A stretch of DNA of 64,000 nucleotides, taken from the NCBI GenBank assembly GCA_951406725.2, contig OX597836.1, positions 47,368,001 to 47,432,000 on the forward strand, in the 5' to 3' direction. The DNA is from Octopus vulgaris (Eukaryota). The first letter of the stretch is position 1; each line of letters begins with the position of its first letter. The notes below the pieces were generated by a model that was given only the letters and a program-made list of their open reading frames with translations, was not told where the DNA came from and did not search any database. The translations under genes were made by a program, and so were the position numbers. Shown here piece by piece: positions 50,667 through 63,489 of this stretch.

Positions 50667-50999
50667 TTGTTTGTGTGTTAGAGCGTGGTTTCAAATGTGT
50701 ACATGTATGTCAATTCTTGGTACACCAATGTTATCTTCTATGTGTATGCAAGTGGAATACCTGTTGTAGCAACTAAGTCACAATGCTGACACACAAAGAA
50801 TCAACTACTTTGCAAGTGGAAACTGTCCAGCCCAGTTTTTCTTCATCACAGCCACGTGCTCCACGCGGTTCGTTGTCAACAAGTTTGAGTTGCTGTGTGT
50901 TGCCAGCAGATTTGTCGGTGCCCTCAACACAGGCAGCGCTCCTGGAGACAATGTAAGTCTTTTGTTTTTTAGGAAATTGCAACTAATTTACTATGGATG

Positions 51000-51126
51000 C
51001 TATCGCTTGGATAACAGGCGTCGATATTCTGACATAATGTAATCGAAAATCTGCAGGAAGTAGTCACAATTCTTCCAAGACATCACGATAACAAATATTA
51101 ACAATGTGGTACTTAATATTCGGGCT
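51000..51126 (-). CDS. TMCC: TMCC-family gene, last coding exon (second TM helix, stop)
   Basis: tttgtttcag|A GCC..: (R)ARILSTTLLIFVIVMSWKNCDYFLQIFDYIMSEYRRLLSKR*; phase 2 matches the upstream donor. Confidence 0.85.
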
Positions 51127-51649
51127 CTGAAACAAAGAAATTGAAAATCAATCAATAAATAAACATATATGAGGGAGATAGATAAATTAGGTAAAAACAG
51201 AGGAGATCCATGACAGAATGGATGACAAATCAAAGTATTACAACTAGCACTAGCAAGCTACATGTACTAAACTGAGAGGAACTTGCCCCGACCCCCACTA
51301 GAAAGACTGAAGAAGGAGGAGGATAATCTGCTACCAAGGACAGTTCACATGGCCAATCAATTGGGACAACGATATAAGGATTATGAGGTTGGGTATAGCA
51401 AGACAGGAAGGTAATACCCAAAGGAGATGTAACGTCTGTGGTGGAATATTGAAAAGCAACATGCAACATGAAGATTCATTAAGGCAAATCAAAATGTCAG
51501 TAGTAACTACAGCAATGCAATGTACCTGATTCTACTCAGGGATCTATTTCTAAAGGTATTGGAACAGCTTGTCAGTTGGAGGAGGACTATGGCTAGGAGC
51601 AAAGCACAATACCCAGGATCGTTTAGTTCAACTTGCTCATAGCACACGA

Positions 51650-53030
51650 AGAGTGGGTGAATCTAAAAGCTTCGACGGTTTCAAGAGGAAATATCTTTTG
51701 GTTCTTCAGTGTCGGAAAATTAACATGTCTACCTGCCAATCAGTGCATTGGCATGAATTTGCAACCAGCATCAGCAGATGGGCTCAGTTAGATGAGGATC
51801 TAAGCATCATCTTGAGTAGTAATACGACAGGAGAAGCAAGCAGAAAGATGAGGACGATTGTGTAAATTGTATGCCAGGCATGCCAAGATACCTTTGACAT
51901 GAAGGAGGGAAAACTGGGAAGTTACCTTGTCCCCACAGAAGGTGGCATCAGATCACAGAACTGAAGAATGAGCTAAAACAGCTGAAGAAAAGATGGAAAG
52001 AAGCAGATGAAGATGGTAGTATAAAACCAGCTGAGCTCAGAATTATGGGGGAAATTGCAGCAGTTTTGCAGGACAATGATAAAAGGGAAAAGCCAGAGAA
52101 AGCAGAGGGAGGTCTTTTTTAACAACTAATTCTGATTCACAGTTGATCTCCTTGGAAAGCTGGTCTGTTCTAAAGAAGAGTTGAAGAGCAGAGTGGCAGT
52201 GGTCTATGGTGACTCCAAGAGAGACATTCCACTGGCTAACTGTCCTTTCCAATCGCCAAAGCTCAAGCCACATGTCCCTTTCAACATGGCAGACTTCACA
52301 TTCTATGAAGTAAGTGCTATAGTGGCAATAGCTTGGGCATGAGCTGCTCTAGGGTCATCTGGTATATTGTACAAGATCTACAAAATCTTCCTGTCGCTAC
52401 TGCGGAGGTTAGTAAAATGGGCAATCTGGAAGAAAACACAGGAATAAGCCCTGGACAGTTCAGAATGGATGTTTTGGTATGGGAGAAAATAACTCAGCAA
52501 GACTTCAAGATATCTTTCTGTCAGATGTCAAAGAGTTCTTTTGGTCTTTCAATGTCAAAAGATTAACCTATCTACTTGCCAATGAGTACAATGAAATGAG
52601 TGTCCTGAAAGGAGAAGTACTAAGGTACTCTGAGTGCTTTAAACATAAATCAACAATCAGCCAGAATATAAAGAAAACAATGAGGCACAACATCACACTC
52701 TCACTAGTATAGTTAGATCTTGCCAAAGACCACCTAAATGTGCCCCACCAGCTAATCTCAAGTGCATCAAAGTACTATCAAGTACCAATAGCAGTAGTCA
52801 AGAATTCACAGAAGGTGAGGTTCATTATGGGAAATTTCACAACCACATGACGGAAACTTTCAAAAGGCATTATGGCAGAGAACATAATACCTGGTCCTGT
52901 TTTGGGCTCTTGAGATCCTTCAACAAAAAGAGGGAGGAAAGCAGCCCAAAGACCAGAAATAAGGACTAATGACAATACAAGGCATCCAGTTTGTAGGGCA
53001 TTCGTGGACGATGTAACAGTTATAACACCT
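51650..53030 (+). pseudogene. Highly decayed RLE-type (HERO/NeSL-like) non-LTR RT in TMCC intron
   Basis: Remnants SVLKGEVLRYSECFKH, LDLAKDHLNVPHQLI, KGIMA, RAFVDDVTV. Confidence 0.55.
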
Positions 53031-53606
53031 TTGCATCTAAGTAGCTTTGATATTTATTTCACCTGTTGTTTGCTGGGTGGTGTCATTGCTAATTACACGA
53101 CAGAGCACCTGCTATTCCACCTCCTCAAATAGCTTAGTCTACATTACTCTGTAAAAAGCATAGGGCTGATTTCCCAGTTTCTCTGATGTATATATTCCTC
53201 CCTGGACAGAACAATCTTTCAATCAGGAGTCCAACACCCTAACCACTATATCATGTGCCCCTCAAATTAGCTATTACAAATTGCCTCTAATTTTTACTTT
53301 ACTATTATATTTCAATAAGATAAGTCATCAGTCACTTAACGCAAAGAGCGATAGGCTGTTCTACCAATGCTACCAATAAATGACTGATGACAATGCAGTC
53401 AAAACAACAGATAAAAGTTTATGGTACCTAAATTCAGTTCTAAACTTAATGCAAGAAAGAATCCAATGAAATTAAATTTTCATAACATTTACATTAAACA
53501 GCAGTGGAGTCATAATTCTTCTCATGATATTTCAACTATAGCAATTAAAATTCCTACATTTTTAATCAAAAGTTGTAAGTTACTATGGTGACACCATCCA
53601 TCCATC

Positions 53607-55020
53607 CAATGGGCCGAGAGGAAACTGTCCCTAAAAGGTCGGGCGGAGGTGGCGAACGCGTACATCGCGTCTGTCATCTACTACCGCCTGACCGTCGTGC
53701 CTTGTCCCGACCCTACCATCACCAAACTAGAACGCATTCTCTTTCGCTTCCTGTGGAAAGGATGCGTCCCGATGGTCAGGCGATCCATTTGCTGTCAACA
53801 CCCGTTAAAAGGAGGACTGGGCATGCCGTGGTTGATGATGCGCAGACACGCACTGAAACTGCGACATCTCAGGCTCTTTGTAGATGATGGTGAACAGGTG
53901 TGGTCGCCGTTTGTGAGGCACACTTTCCCACAACTCGTCTCCGTGACTGAACTGCAGTCATGGATCAAAAAGAGACCGAGGAAGGGTGAATGGCACTGAG
54001 AGTGTAGCGTTGCTCTCAAGCAACTATGCCATCCCGGGTCGACGTTGAGTGACTGCAACACAACCAAAGCATTCTATAGGGAATTAGTGGAGGGGAGGTA
54101 CAACGACGAGCTCAGGGCGAACCTGGACGTCGACGAGGAATACCTGACCCGCCTGTTCAGGACGACTTTCGGGCCAGGGCCCATGGACAACTTCCAGAGA
54201 TCCTTGGCCTGGCAGTGCTACTAAGAAGCGCTACCCGTTCAGGATAAGCTCTACAGACACGGCTCGAGAAACACGGGGCCAATCTGCCTGAGAAGCAGTC
54301 AGAGTGATGAAACCGCTCTGCACGCAATCGTGCAGTGTCCAACAATTTCCAACCTGTGAGCTTATGTCGAACGACTGCTGTCACGTGTGCGATGAGTCAG
54401 TTTATCAGCCGAGTCTATCGTCAATATTGTCACGCCTCCTTCCTTCAAACGGGAAGGAAGAAAGAGCTAGTTTCATCATCCTTGTGGCTATGGCGAAAGA
54501 ATGTATCTGGTGAACGCGTCTGAAAGGATTGGAGACAAAGACTCTCCTCTCTGGTCAATCTCTCATCAACTTCTTCAAGTACCACTTGAAAAGGTAAGTG
54601 AGAGTAGAGAGGCAAGTTTTGTCTAGCGAATGTTTCAAAAAAAGATGGGTGAATGTAGCAAGGATGGCACATATGAATGATGAAGCCACCTTGAGCATCA
54701 TCCTATGAACCCGGAAAATTTAAAACAGAGGGTTACCCACTTGCAAACAAATGTGGTAACATATAACAATATTGACCAAGGTTACCGTGGTCTTTTCTGT
54801 AGGCTTTTCTTTCCACGGATAAACCTTATCTGCTTCCCCCTTTACACCATGACATTTCTGTGATACACAATCCCTATTGATCGCTTTTTTTCCCCCCTTT
54901 TATGATCCCTTTTGATCGAAAACCTACCCCACTTTTTTTTTATTCTCTCCAAAAAGGAAAGTTCTACTTTGTAATCTGTCCCGTCTGTGTGCAGCCCTGT
55001 GTGGCTAATAAAGTAACATA
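53607..55020 (+). mobile_element. 5'-truncated, decayed Tx1-clade LINE (sister family of 1189-6629), antisense in TMCC intron
   Basis: YIASVIYYRLTVVPCPD..KLERILFRFLWKG..KGGLGMPWL aligns to the ORF2 C-terminus; stops and frameshifts; 3'UTR 54710-55020. Confidence 0.9.
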
Positions 55021-55243
55021 TTAGTCAGTCTGTCTATCTATCTATCTTTCACACACACACACTCTCTCTCTCTCTTTCTTTCTCTCTCCCTCTCTCACTG
55101 TATTTTTCTCTCAACAACAACTTTTTCTCCTCCCCTTCTTCCCTCACTCTAATACATGTTGTGACGAACAGACAGACAGATAGAGATCAGCTTCTCTTTT
55201 ATAATAGGAGAGGAAAGTGTCAATGGCTTGAAAGGCAAAGTAC

Positions 55244-55425
55244 CTTGTTGTAAGGAATGGAGCCACTAGATTAGCTGCTGTTGACACAAACACCAAAATC
55301 ACAGCCAAGATTGCGAGGACAACATTGATTAGTTTCGTAAGCAATGTGCGGAATGTTACATTTTCCACCATCTCCATGGAGATCAGCTGTTGCTGTTGTT
55401 GTTGTTGAACCTCCATTTTGGAAAT
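55244..55425 (-). CDS. TMCC: TMCC-family gene, penultimate coding exon (poly-Q, first TM helix)
   Basis: ttccag|ISKMEVQQQQQQQLISMEMVENVTFRTLLTKLINVVLAILAVILVFVSTAANLVAPFLTT(R)|gtac; closely resembles the TMCC1-3 C-terminus as recalled. Confidence 0.9.
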
Positions 55426-56139
55426 CTGGAAAAAAAAGAAAAAAAAAAGAAGATTATTTCATTCATTAGCAAACAACAACACAAAAAAAGCAAATGTTTA
55501 AAAACAAATTTTCACTAGAATTTGTAGCAATCTAAAAGTAGCCTACTTTTCAATGAAATTAATTTGGAAAGACAAAAGAGTTCTTTTAGACTCAAAAAAA
55601 GGTCCTGATTCAGCAGACCTATGATCAAAAGCACTCCAATTCTGACCATCCAATCTCTTTTTCTAGAAACAGTGTATCTAGAACGATATTATCCAATGTG
55701 TCTCCCTCTCTTTTAAGATAGCAGAGTGGATTCGGCTGCAATTTCTAGCATGTAAAATGACCACAAAGAGGTCCAGTCATATAACCCTCTAGCTGTGATG
55801 TTTTTGTTTATTTTAAGATTGGTCATATTGAGTAGACATGGTCAAAGACTTTCCATCCATGGCCATTATAACTCTTTAGATGTGTCCACATTATCTAATT
55901 CTTTCTTACCCGTTTTTAAAGAAGGTTGTGACTTAAGGGAGATTTGGCTGCTATTTTTAGCAGAATGAGTTCTCCACCATCTTTTGCCAGTGAACTCCTT
56001 TGATTTCTATTTCACTCCACTGTACCCTCATAGCCATTTGATGTTTAAAAAAAACCCTATTATATTTTTATAATTAAATATTATTGGGAATTGTATTTAA
56101 AAAATCATTAAATTATTGTATGTATTGTATAACTGTTTA

Positions 56140-56534
56140 TCTTTATATATAAAAGAAAAGTTGTGTGCTGTCTCCTATGATTTAGATTCCTAACTACTCC
56201 CACATTTTGCAGTGCAGTTTAACCAAAAGCGGGTATCTTATAGTCGTGATTCATATCGAGCCCTTCTGGGTATTAGCGCGCGTCTACGATGAGTCTATGA
56301 TTTTAAAAATAATTTACCATCATTTTTTCCCATTTTTAATGCATTTTTTTTGCTATTATATAAGGGAAGTAACTCTCTAAAAATGTACTATTAAATCTCA
56401 GAACGTAAAAAGCAACAGTAACACCCTCCTTTGTGGTTAGCCATATTGAGATGGCTATTATACTTTACATCTCTAAAAATGCTTATATAGTTATTTCCCT
56501 TACAAACCCGAGCAACGCCGGGCAATACTGCTAG
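56140..56534 (+). mobile_element. Non-autonomous Helitron
   Basis: A|TCTTTATATATAAAA 5' end; 3' hairpin CCCGAGCAACGCCGGG then CTAG|T; no TSD. Confidence 0.75.
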
Positions 56535-57025
56535 TCTTAACTAAAAAAAACTTATATGGACCCTCAAGGTTGACATGAGACCCCCAAGGGTCATATTTGA
56601 CCTCTAACAATTATATGGGACCCGGTTGAGAACCCCTGATAGAGAGGCTAATTCACTGTTGCTGCAAGACTCATGTTTCTAGTGAGAGGGATGGGATGAA
56701 AGCCCCTTTATCTCCTGACACATGCCATATAAACCGTATTTCTGTGTGAGACCTGCACTATAATATTATTCTCACATCTGGGTCAGTGCTGCTCTATACA
56801 CAAACACCCTAGACTCAAAGCTAAAAAAAAGCCATCCAGCTGATGAACATGATGTGACTCCCACAGATGTGCTTGCTCCTCACTCAGCCCTTTTCTACTA
56901 TAACTTCAAAGACCTTGACTGGAACTCTATCGGTTATGATGGTGATGCGGGTTCCAGTCAATCTGGTCAATGAGCCAGCCTGCTCATGAAATCAATGTGC
57001 TTCCCTGGCTGAGCAATGTGCAAGT

Positions 57026-57402
57026 GGAGGCGCAATGGCCCAGTGGTTAGGGCAGCAGACTCGTGGTCGTAGGATCGCAGTTTCGATTCCCAGACCAGGT
57101 GTTGTGAGTGTTTATTGAGCGAAAACACTTAAAGCTCCACGAGGCTCCGGCAGGGGATGGTGGTGATTCCTGCTGTACTCTTTCACCACAACTTTCTCTC
57201 ACTCTTACTTCCTGTTTCTGTTGTACCTGTATTTCAAAGGGCCGGCCTTGTCACTCTCTGTGTTACGCTGAATATCCCCGAGAACTACGTTAAGGGTACA
57301 CGTGTCTGTGGAGTGCTCAGCCACTTACACGTTAATTTCACGAGCAGGCTGTTCCGTTGATCGGATCAACCGGAACCCTCATCGTCGTAACCGACGGAGT
57401 GC
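57026..57402 (+). mobile_element. SINE family C (tail type 4)
   Basis: Near-identical to 58860-59237; flanking duplication TTCCC(T/C)GGCTGAGCAAT. Confidence 0.8.
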
Positions 57403-57710
57403 TTCCCCGGCTGAGCAATCTACAGACATGTCTACGCTCAATGTAGTTCTTAAAGAGAGTCAGCATGACACAAGATATAATAAGGCAGGTCCTTTGAAAT
57501 ACAGGTACTACTCATTTTTGCCACATGAGTAGTACTGGAGCAATGTGAAATAAAGTGTCTTGCTCAAGGACACAATGTATCACAGGGAATTGAACTCGTG
57601 ACCATATGATTGTGAGCCAAATGCCCTAACCACTAAGCCACATGTTTTCACTCAAAGACCGATCTGCAGACCACCTCCACTTATTACAGCTCACCCAACA
57701 CACTTATACC

Positions 57711-58190
57711 TATTTCCTTACTACCAACAAGGGGCTAAACACAGAGGAGACAAATAAGGACAGACAAACGGATTAAGTCGATTATATCGACCCCAGTGCG
57801 TAACTGGTACTTACTTTATCGACCCCGAAAGGATGAAAGGCAAAGTCGACCTCGGCGGAATTTGAACTCAGAACGTAGCGGCAGACGAAATACAGCTACG
57901 CATTTCGCCCGGCGTGCTAACGTTTCTGTCAGCTCACCGTACCCAACACACTTATACCTATTTCCTTACTACCCACAAGGGGCTAAACATAGAGGGGACA
58001 AACAAGGACAGACATAGGTATTAAGTCGATTACATCAACCCCAGTGTGTAACTGGTACTTAATTTATCGACCCCGAAAGGATGAAAGGCAAAGTCGACCT
58101 CGGCGGAATTTGAACCCACAACGTAACGACAGACGAAATACGGCTACGCATTTCGCCCGGCGTGCTAACATTTCTGCCAGCTCGCCGCCT
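57711..58190 (-). mobile_element. Two SINE B copies (Tx1-type tail) inserted at the same site
   Basis: Target ACACACTTATACC present three times (ending 57710, 57958, 58213). Confidence 0.85.
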
Positions 58191-58577
58191 TATTCCATAT
58201 ACACACTTATACCATATACCTCCCTCCCAGGTGCTGTACATTAGCTGATAATTCCTCCACAAGGTGAGTACTTTGGAATTAATTCCTTACTCAGAGTACC
58301 ATGCTCCTGGAATTTCGCACTCAATGCAGCATAAATATGAAATCCGATCATCAGAGTTCTTTACCACTGGAAATCTCTTCTCAGAAATGCCAGATTTAAA
58401 AAATTCCCTCTCTGCTTTCGTTATTCTTGCAGCTGTCTATGACACCTTACAGGTGTGCAAGAATATCAATTGCAAAAACCTCATCGTTTTTTGAGAGGTA
58501 CACATTGTCAAAGGTGCAAACACTTCCTTCCAATTAAACCAGTGGTACTCAAACAGGGTCCATATTCTTTTGTTCTT

Positions 58578-59535
58578 TTATTTGTTTCAGTCAATTTATT
58601 GAGGCCATGCTGGAGCACCACCTTAAAGGGCTTTTAGTTGAAAAAATTGACCCCAGAACTTACTCTTTGTAAGCCGAGTACTTATTACTCTTTGCCAAAC
58701 AGTTAAGTGATGGGTGTTGTAAACATACCAACATTGTTTGTTAAGCGATGGTTGTGGTAGGGGGACAAACACACAAACATACGATGGGTTTCTTTCAGTT
58801 TCTGTCTACCAAATCCACTCACAATGCTTTGGTCAGCCCAAGGCTATAGTGGAAGACGTGGAGGTGCAATGGCCCAGTAGTTAGGGTAGCGGACTCGCGG
58901 TTATAGGATCGCGGTTTCGATTCCCAGACCGGGCGTTGTGAGTGTTTATTGAGCGAAAACACCTAAAAGCTCCACGAGGCTCCGGCAGGGATGGTGGTGA
59001 TCCCTGTTGTACTCTTTCACCACAACTTTCTCTCACTCTTACTTTCTGTTTCTGTTGTACCTGTATTTCAAAGGGCCGTCCTTGTCACTCTCTGTGTCAC
59101 GCTGAATATCCCCGAGATCTACGTTAAGGGTACACGTGTCTGTGGAGTGCTCAGCCACTTACACATTAATTTCACGAGCAGGCTGTTCCGTTGATCGGAT
59201 CAACCGGAACCCTTGTCGTCGTAACCGTCGGAGTGCTTCCTATAGTGGAAGACACTTGCCCAAGGTGCCATGCAGTGGGACTGAACGTAAAACTATGTGG
59301 TTGCGAAGCAAGCTTCCTATTTCTTTATTGCCCACAAGGGGCTAAACATAGAGGGGACAAACAAGGACAGACAAAGGGATTAAGTCGATTACATCGACCT
59401 CAGTGCGCAACTGGTACTTAATTTATCGACCCCGAAAGGATGAAAGGTAAAGTTGACCCCGGTGGAATTTGAACTTAGAACGTAGCGACAGACGAAATAC
59501 CGCTTGCTGCCTTCTTACCACACAGCCACGCTTGT
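58578..59535 (-). mobile_element. Old SINE A hosting a SINE C (58860-59237) and a SINE B (59318-59505)
   Basis: TSD CTATAGTGGAAGAC around SINE C; SINE B sits in the tRNA head. Confidence 0.75.
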
Positions 59536-60216
59536 GCCATTGGAGGTCCATGTAAGATTATGTTGTTAAAATTTATCTGCAATAAATTGGTTATACTAAT
59601 TAAAATATCTTGTGTATTGTAATACACAAGATTTTTTTTTTTTTAGACAGTTCCTCATAGTAATTTATTCTTTTACTTGTTTCAGACTGTGGCCATGTTG
59701 GAGCAACAATTTGAAGGATTTTAATTGAACAAATCAACCCCAGGACTTATATTTTAAGCCTAGTACTTATTCTACTAGTCCCCCTTTTGCGAACTGCTAA
59801 GTTACAAGGACACAAGAACACCAACACTGGTTGTCAAGCAGTGATGGGAAGACAAATAGACACACACGCACACACACACACACATATACATACAAAGGGC
59901 TTCTTTCAGTTTCCATCTACCAAATCCATTCACCAAGCTTTGGTCAGCCTGAGGCTATAGTAGAAGACACATGCCCAAGGTGCCACACAGTCAGACTGAA
60001 CCCAGAACCATGTGGTTGAGAGACAACCTTCTTACCCCACAGTAGGACTTTTCTATATACATCAAATGGCTACGAGGGTCCACCTAAGTAAAATAGGAAA
60101 CAAAGGGGTCCATAGATAAAATATGGTTGAGATAAACAAAAAAAAAAGCATTTGTAACAAAATCTAACAACAATTAAAGGACAACCACAAGCCTCAGCCC
60201 AGAGAAAATTAAACAA

Positions 60217-60612
60217 GGCGCAGGAGTGGCTGTGTGGTAAGTAGCTTGTCTACCAACCACATGGTTCCGGATTCAGTCCCACTGCGTGGCATCTTGGGCA
60301 AGTGTCTTCTGCTATAGCCCCGGGCCGACCAATGCCTTGTGAGTGGATTTGGTAGACGGAAACTGAAAGAAGCCTGTCGTATATATGTATATATATGTGC
60401 GTGTTTGTGTGTCTGTGTTTGTCCCCTTAGCATTGCTTGACAACCGATGCTGGTGTGTTTACGTCCCCGTCACTTAGCGGTTCGGCAAAAAAGAGACCGA
60501 TAGAATAAGTACTGGGCTTACAAAAGAATAAGTCCCGGGGTCGGTTTGCTCGACTAAAGGCAGTGCTCCAGCATGGCTGCAGTCAAATGACTGAAACAAG
60601 TAAAAGAGAGAA
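60217..60612 (+). mobile_element. SINE family A
   Basis: Full-length copy. Confidence 0.85.
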
Positions 60613-60818
60613 GTGGTATTGCTTAGAATTTCAGTGAAACCAAAACGTACACAATTTTTTGATAACTCAGCTTGTCAAACCTGCAAGTTATTCACAGTTT
60701 ATACAGAATTAATAAAAAATATTTCATCTCATGAACATTTGTACAGAAGCCAAGGAAGGACTCACAGTATTTTCGTGGTTACTGTGTTGAGATTAATAAA
60801 GAAAAGAAGTGAACTTAC

Positions 60819-60908
60819 TCTAGTTTGGCAGTTGTCTAGCAAGTCATGTAAGTCACGGGTACGTTCTTCCAGCTGATATTCTAACTTTTCTTCCATGCTA
60901 CTGATTTC
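60819..60908 (-). CDS. TMCC: TMCC-family gene, coiled-coil exon (90 nt)
   Basis: ttttag|EISSMEEKLEYQLEERTRDLHDLLDNCQTR|gtaagt; joins in phase 0 to ISKME. Confidence 0.88.
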
Positions 60909-62253
60909 CTAAAAGTGCAATTCAGAAAATAATATTGAAAATACAGCATACAAGTAATGTAAGGGATTTAGGGAAGGGAAACTCAAAAAAAAGCAAGTGT
61001 CCTTGTCATAGTTTTTATGTTCCCTTTTCCATCCAAGCCTGCAGGCTTGGATGGAATTTATTGGAACAGATTTTCAACAGCTGGATGCCCTTCCAGACAC
61101 CAACCTTCCTGTTTGCAAGCAAGCTAATATTACCTCATGGCCAGACATGTTTGTGCAGAATACTGGAAATGAATGACACTGCTTGTATAACAGTGACATT
61201 TGTTTACAACTGCCACACAATGTCAGGACAAAGTGACATAATCATATATACATTCACATTCAAACACACACATAAACTTGTACACACACACGCGCACACA
61301 TACACATATGATAGTTTTCTATTAGTTTCTGTCTGCCAAATCCACTCATAAGGCTTTGGTTGGTCCACAGCAATGGTAGAAAACATTTATCCAAGGTGCC
61401 ACACAGTAGGGCTGAACCTGAAACCATGTGGTTGGGAAGCAAGCTTCTTATCCACAGAGCCATGCCTGTGCCCAACACAAATTTGATATTTAACCCTTAA
61501 GTGTTCGCATTATTCTGCCAAAATTAATCCTTTTTCATCCACATTGTTTTGAACTAATCGTGCATTAATCTTGTAGCTATGAGATTTTGATGAAGTAGCT
61601 GTTAATTTTTAAAACGATATTGTAGGGTTGGTGTGAGAGACCAGATCTGGCCATTTTGAACATAGAACATGTAGAATACTTTTGGCCGGATATAGCCGGT
61701 TTAAATGCTAAAGGGTTAAGAGTGGACTTTTGTATTAAAAAATGGGACAATATTTGGTTACTAAAATGATAATTCTTACAAAGACTAGCCATATTTTCTT
61801 CTCTTTGGAAATTGCTTGATGAGTCTTGTAAGATCCACAATTTTAATATTACGATGATGCTGATACACACACACACACACACACAGCTAGTGTGACTGTG
61901 TGAATATGGTGTTCATTTTGTGAAGATAGTCTCAAGTTCTATCTAACAGCATGACACTTTGGGCAAATGGTTTCTGCTCTAGCCTCAGACCAACCAATGC
62001 CTTGAGAGTGGATTTGATAGAAAGAAACTGTATATGAGCTTGTCATATGTGTGGAAGTTTATCTTTCTGCATTTTACACAGAAATCATTGAGTTAAAAAC
62101 AGTGACATCTGTTGACATTCCCTGTCAATAAATCATCCAACAGCTCTGTGCTTTTCAAGGTGAATGCTTTATAAATTCCTGTATTTTAAAAACACAGGTC
62201 ATGTTTAGGAACAGGAAGGGCATCTGACTCTAAGACAATGCTCCAATAATACC

Positions 62254-63033
62254 TATTTCTTTACTACCCACAAGGGGCTAAACACAGAGGGAACAAACAA
62301 GGACAGACATAGGTATTAAGTCGATTACATCGACCCCCAGTGCATAACTGGTACTTAATTTATCGACCCCGAAAGGATGAAAGGTAAAGTCGACCTCAAT
62401 GGAATTTGAACTCAGAATGTAACGGCAGACGAAATACCTATTTCTTTACTACCCACAAGGGGCTAAACACAGAGGGGACAAACAAGGACAGACATAGGTA
62501 TTAAGTCGATTACATCGACCCCCAGTGCGTAACTGGTACTTAATTTATCGACCCCGAAAGGATGAAAGGTAAAGTCGACCTCGACGGAATTTGAACTCAG
62601 AATGTAACGGCAGACGAAATACCTATTTCTTTACTACCCACAAGGGGCTAAACACAGAGGGGACAAACAAGGACAGACATAGGTATTAAGTCGATTACAT
62701 CGACCCCCAGTGCGTAACTGGTACTTAATTTATCGACCCCGAAAGGATGAAAGGTAAAGTCGACCTCGACGGAATTTGAACTCAGAATGTAACGGCAGAC
62801 GAAATACCTATTTCTTTATTACCCACAAGGGGCTAAACACAGAGGGGACAAACAAGGACAGACATAGTTATTAAGTCGATTACATCGACCCCAGTGTGTA
62901 ACTGGTACTTAATTTATCGACCCCGAAAGGATGAAAGGCAAAGTCGACCTCGGCAGAATTTGAACTCAGAACGTAACGGCAGACGAAATACCTCTAAGCA
63001 TTTCGCCCGACGTGCTAACATTCCTGCCAGCTC
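62254..63033 (-). repeat. Head-to-tail array of four SINE B units (185-bp period)
   Basis: Units start 62254, 62439, 62624, 62809; TSD GCTCCA(A/G)TAATACC around the whole array. Confidence 0.9.
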
Positions 63034-63438
63034 CAGTAATACCTTCATCTGACCTATATTAACACAGAAAAACAAATACACACACACACAACACCAACAG
63101 CAATTAAGACATATATATTAAACAGCCACTGGTTCCTATGGTAAAAACTATATATGCTGATGGGGTAGAATGTAACTTCACCACCAATAATGGAGTCAGC
63201 ATTACTGATGAGCATTAAATTTCATGCGAAATTGGCATGCCAATCTAATGCCTCTCAATTGCAGGGAGGAGGTTGTCTCCCCTATCAGTAAATAGAAAAT
63301 GTGCTTTCTGTGGCTATGTGGCTAAGGAGTCCTTTGACTCTTATTTCTAGCAATGCTGGTACTCACTGCACCCTTTGTCACACTTTGGTGATGGTGAATT
63401 ATTTCTGTTATGGTTTTGAATTGCATCTAGCCACCTTA

Positions 63439-63479
<41 letters not shown>

Positions 63480-63489
<10 letters not shown>

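Noticed and set aside
48930-50999. Exact extent of the TMCC 3'UTR and poly(A) site
   Set aside because: Several minus-strand AATAAA candidates; cannot be resolved without transcripts
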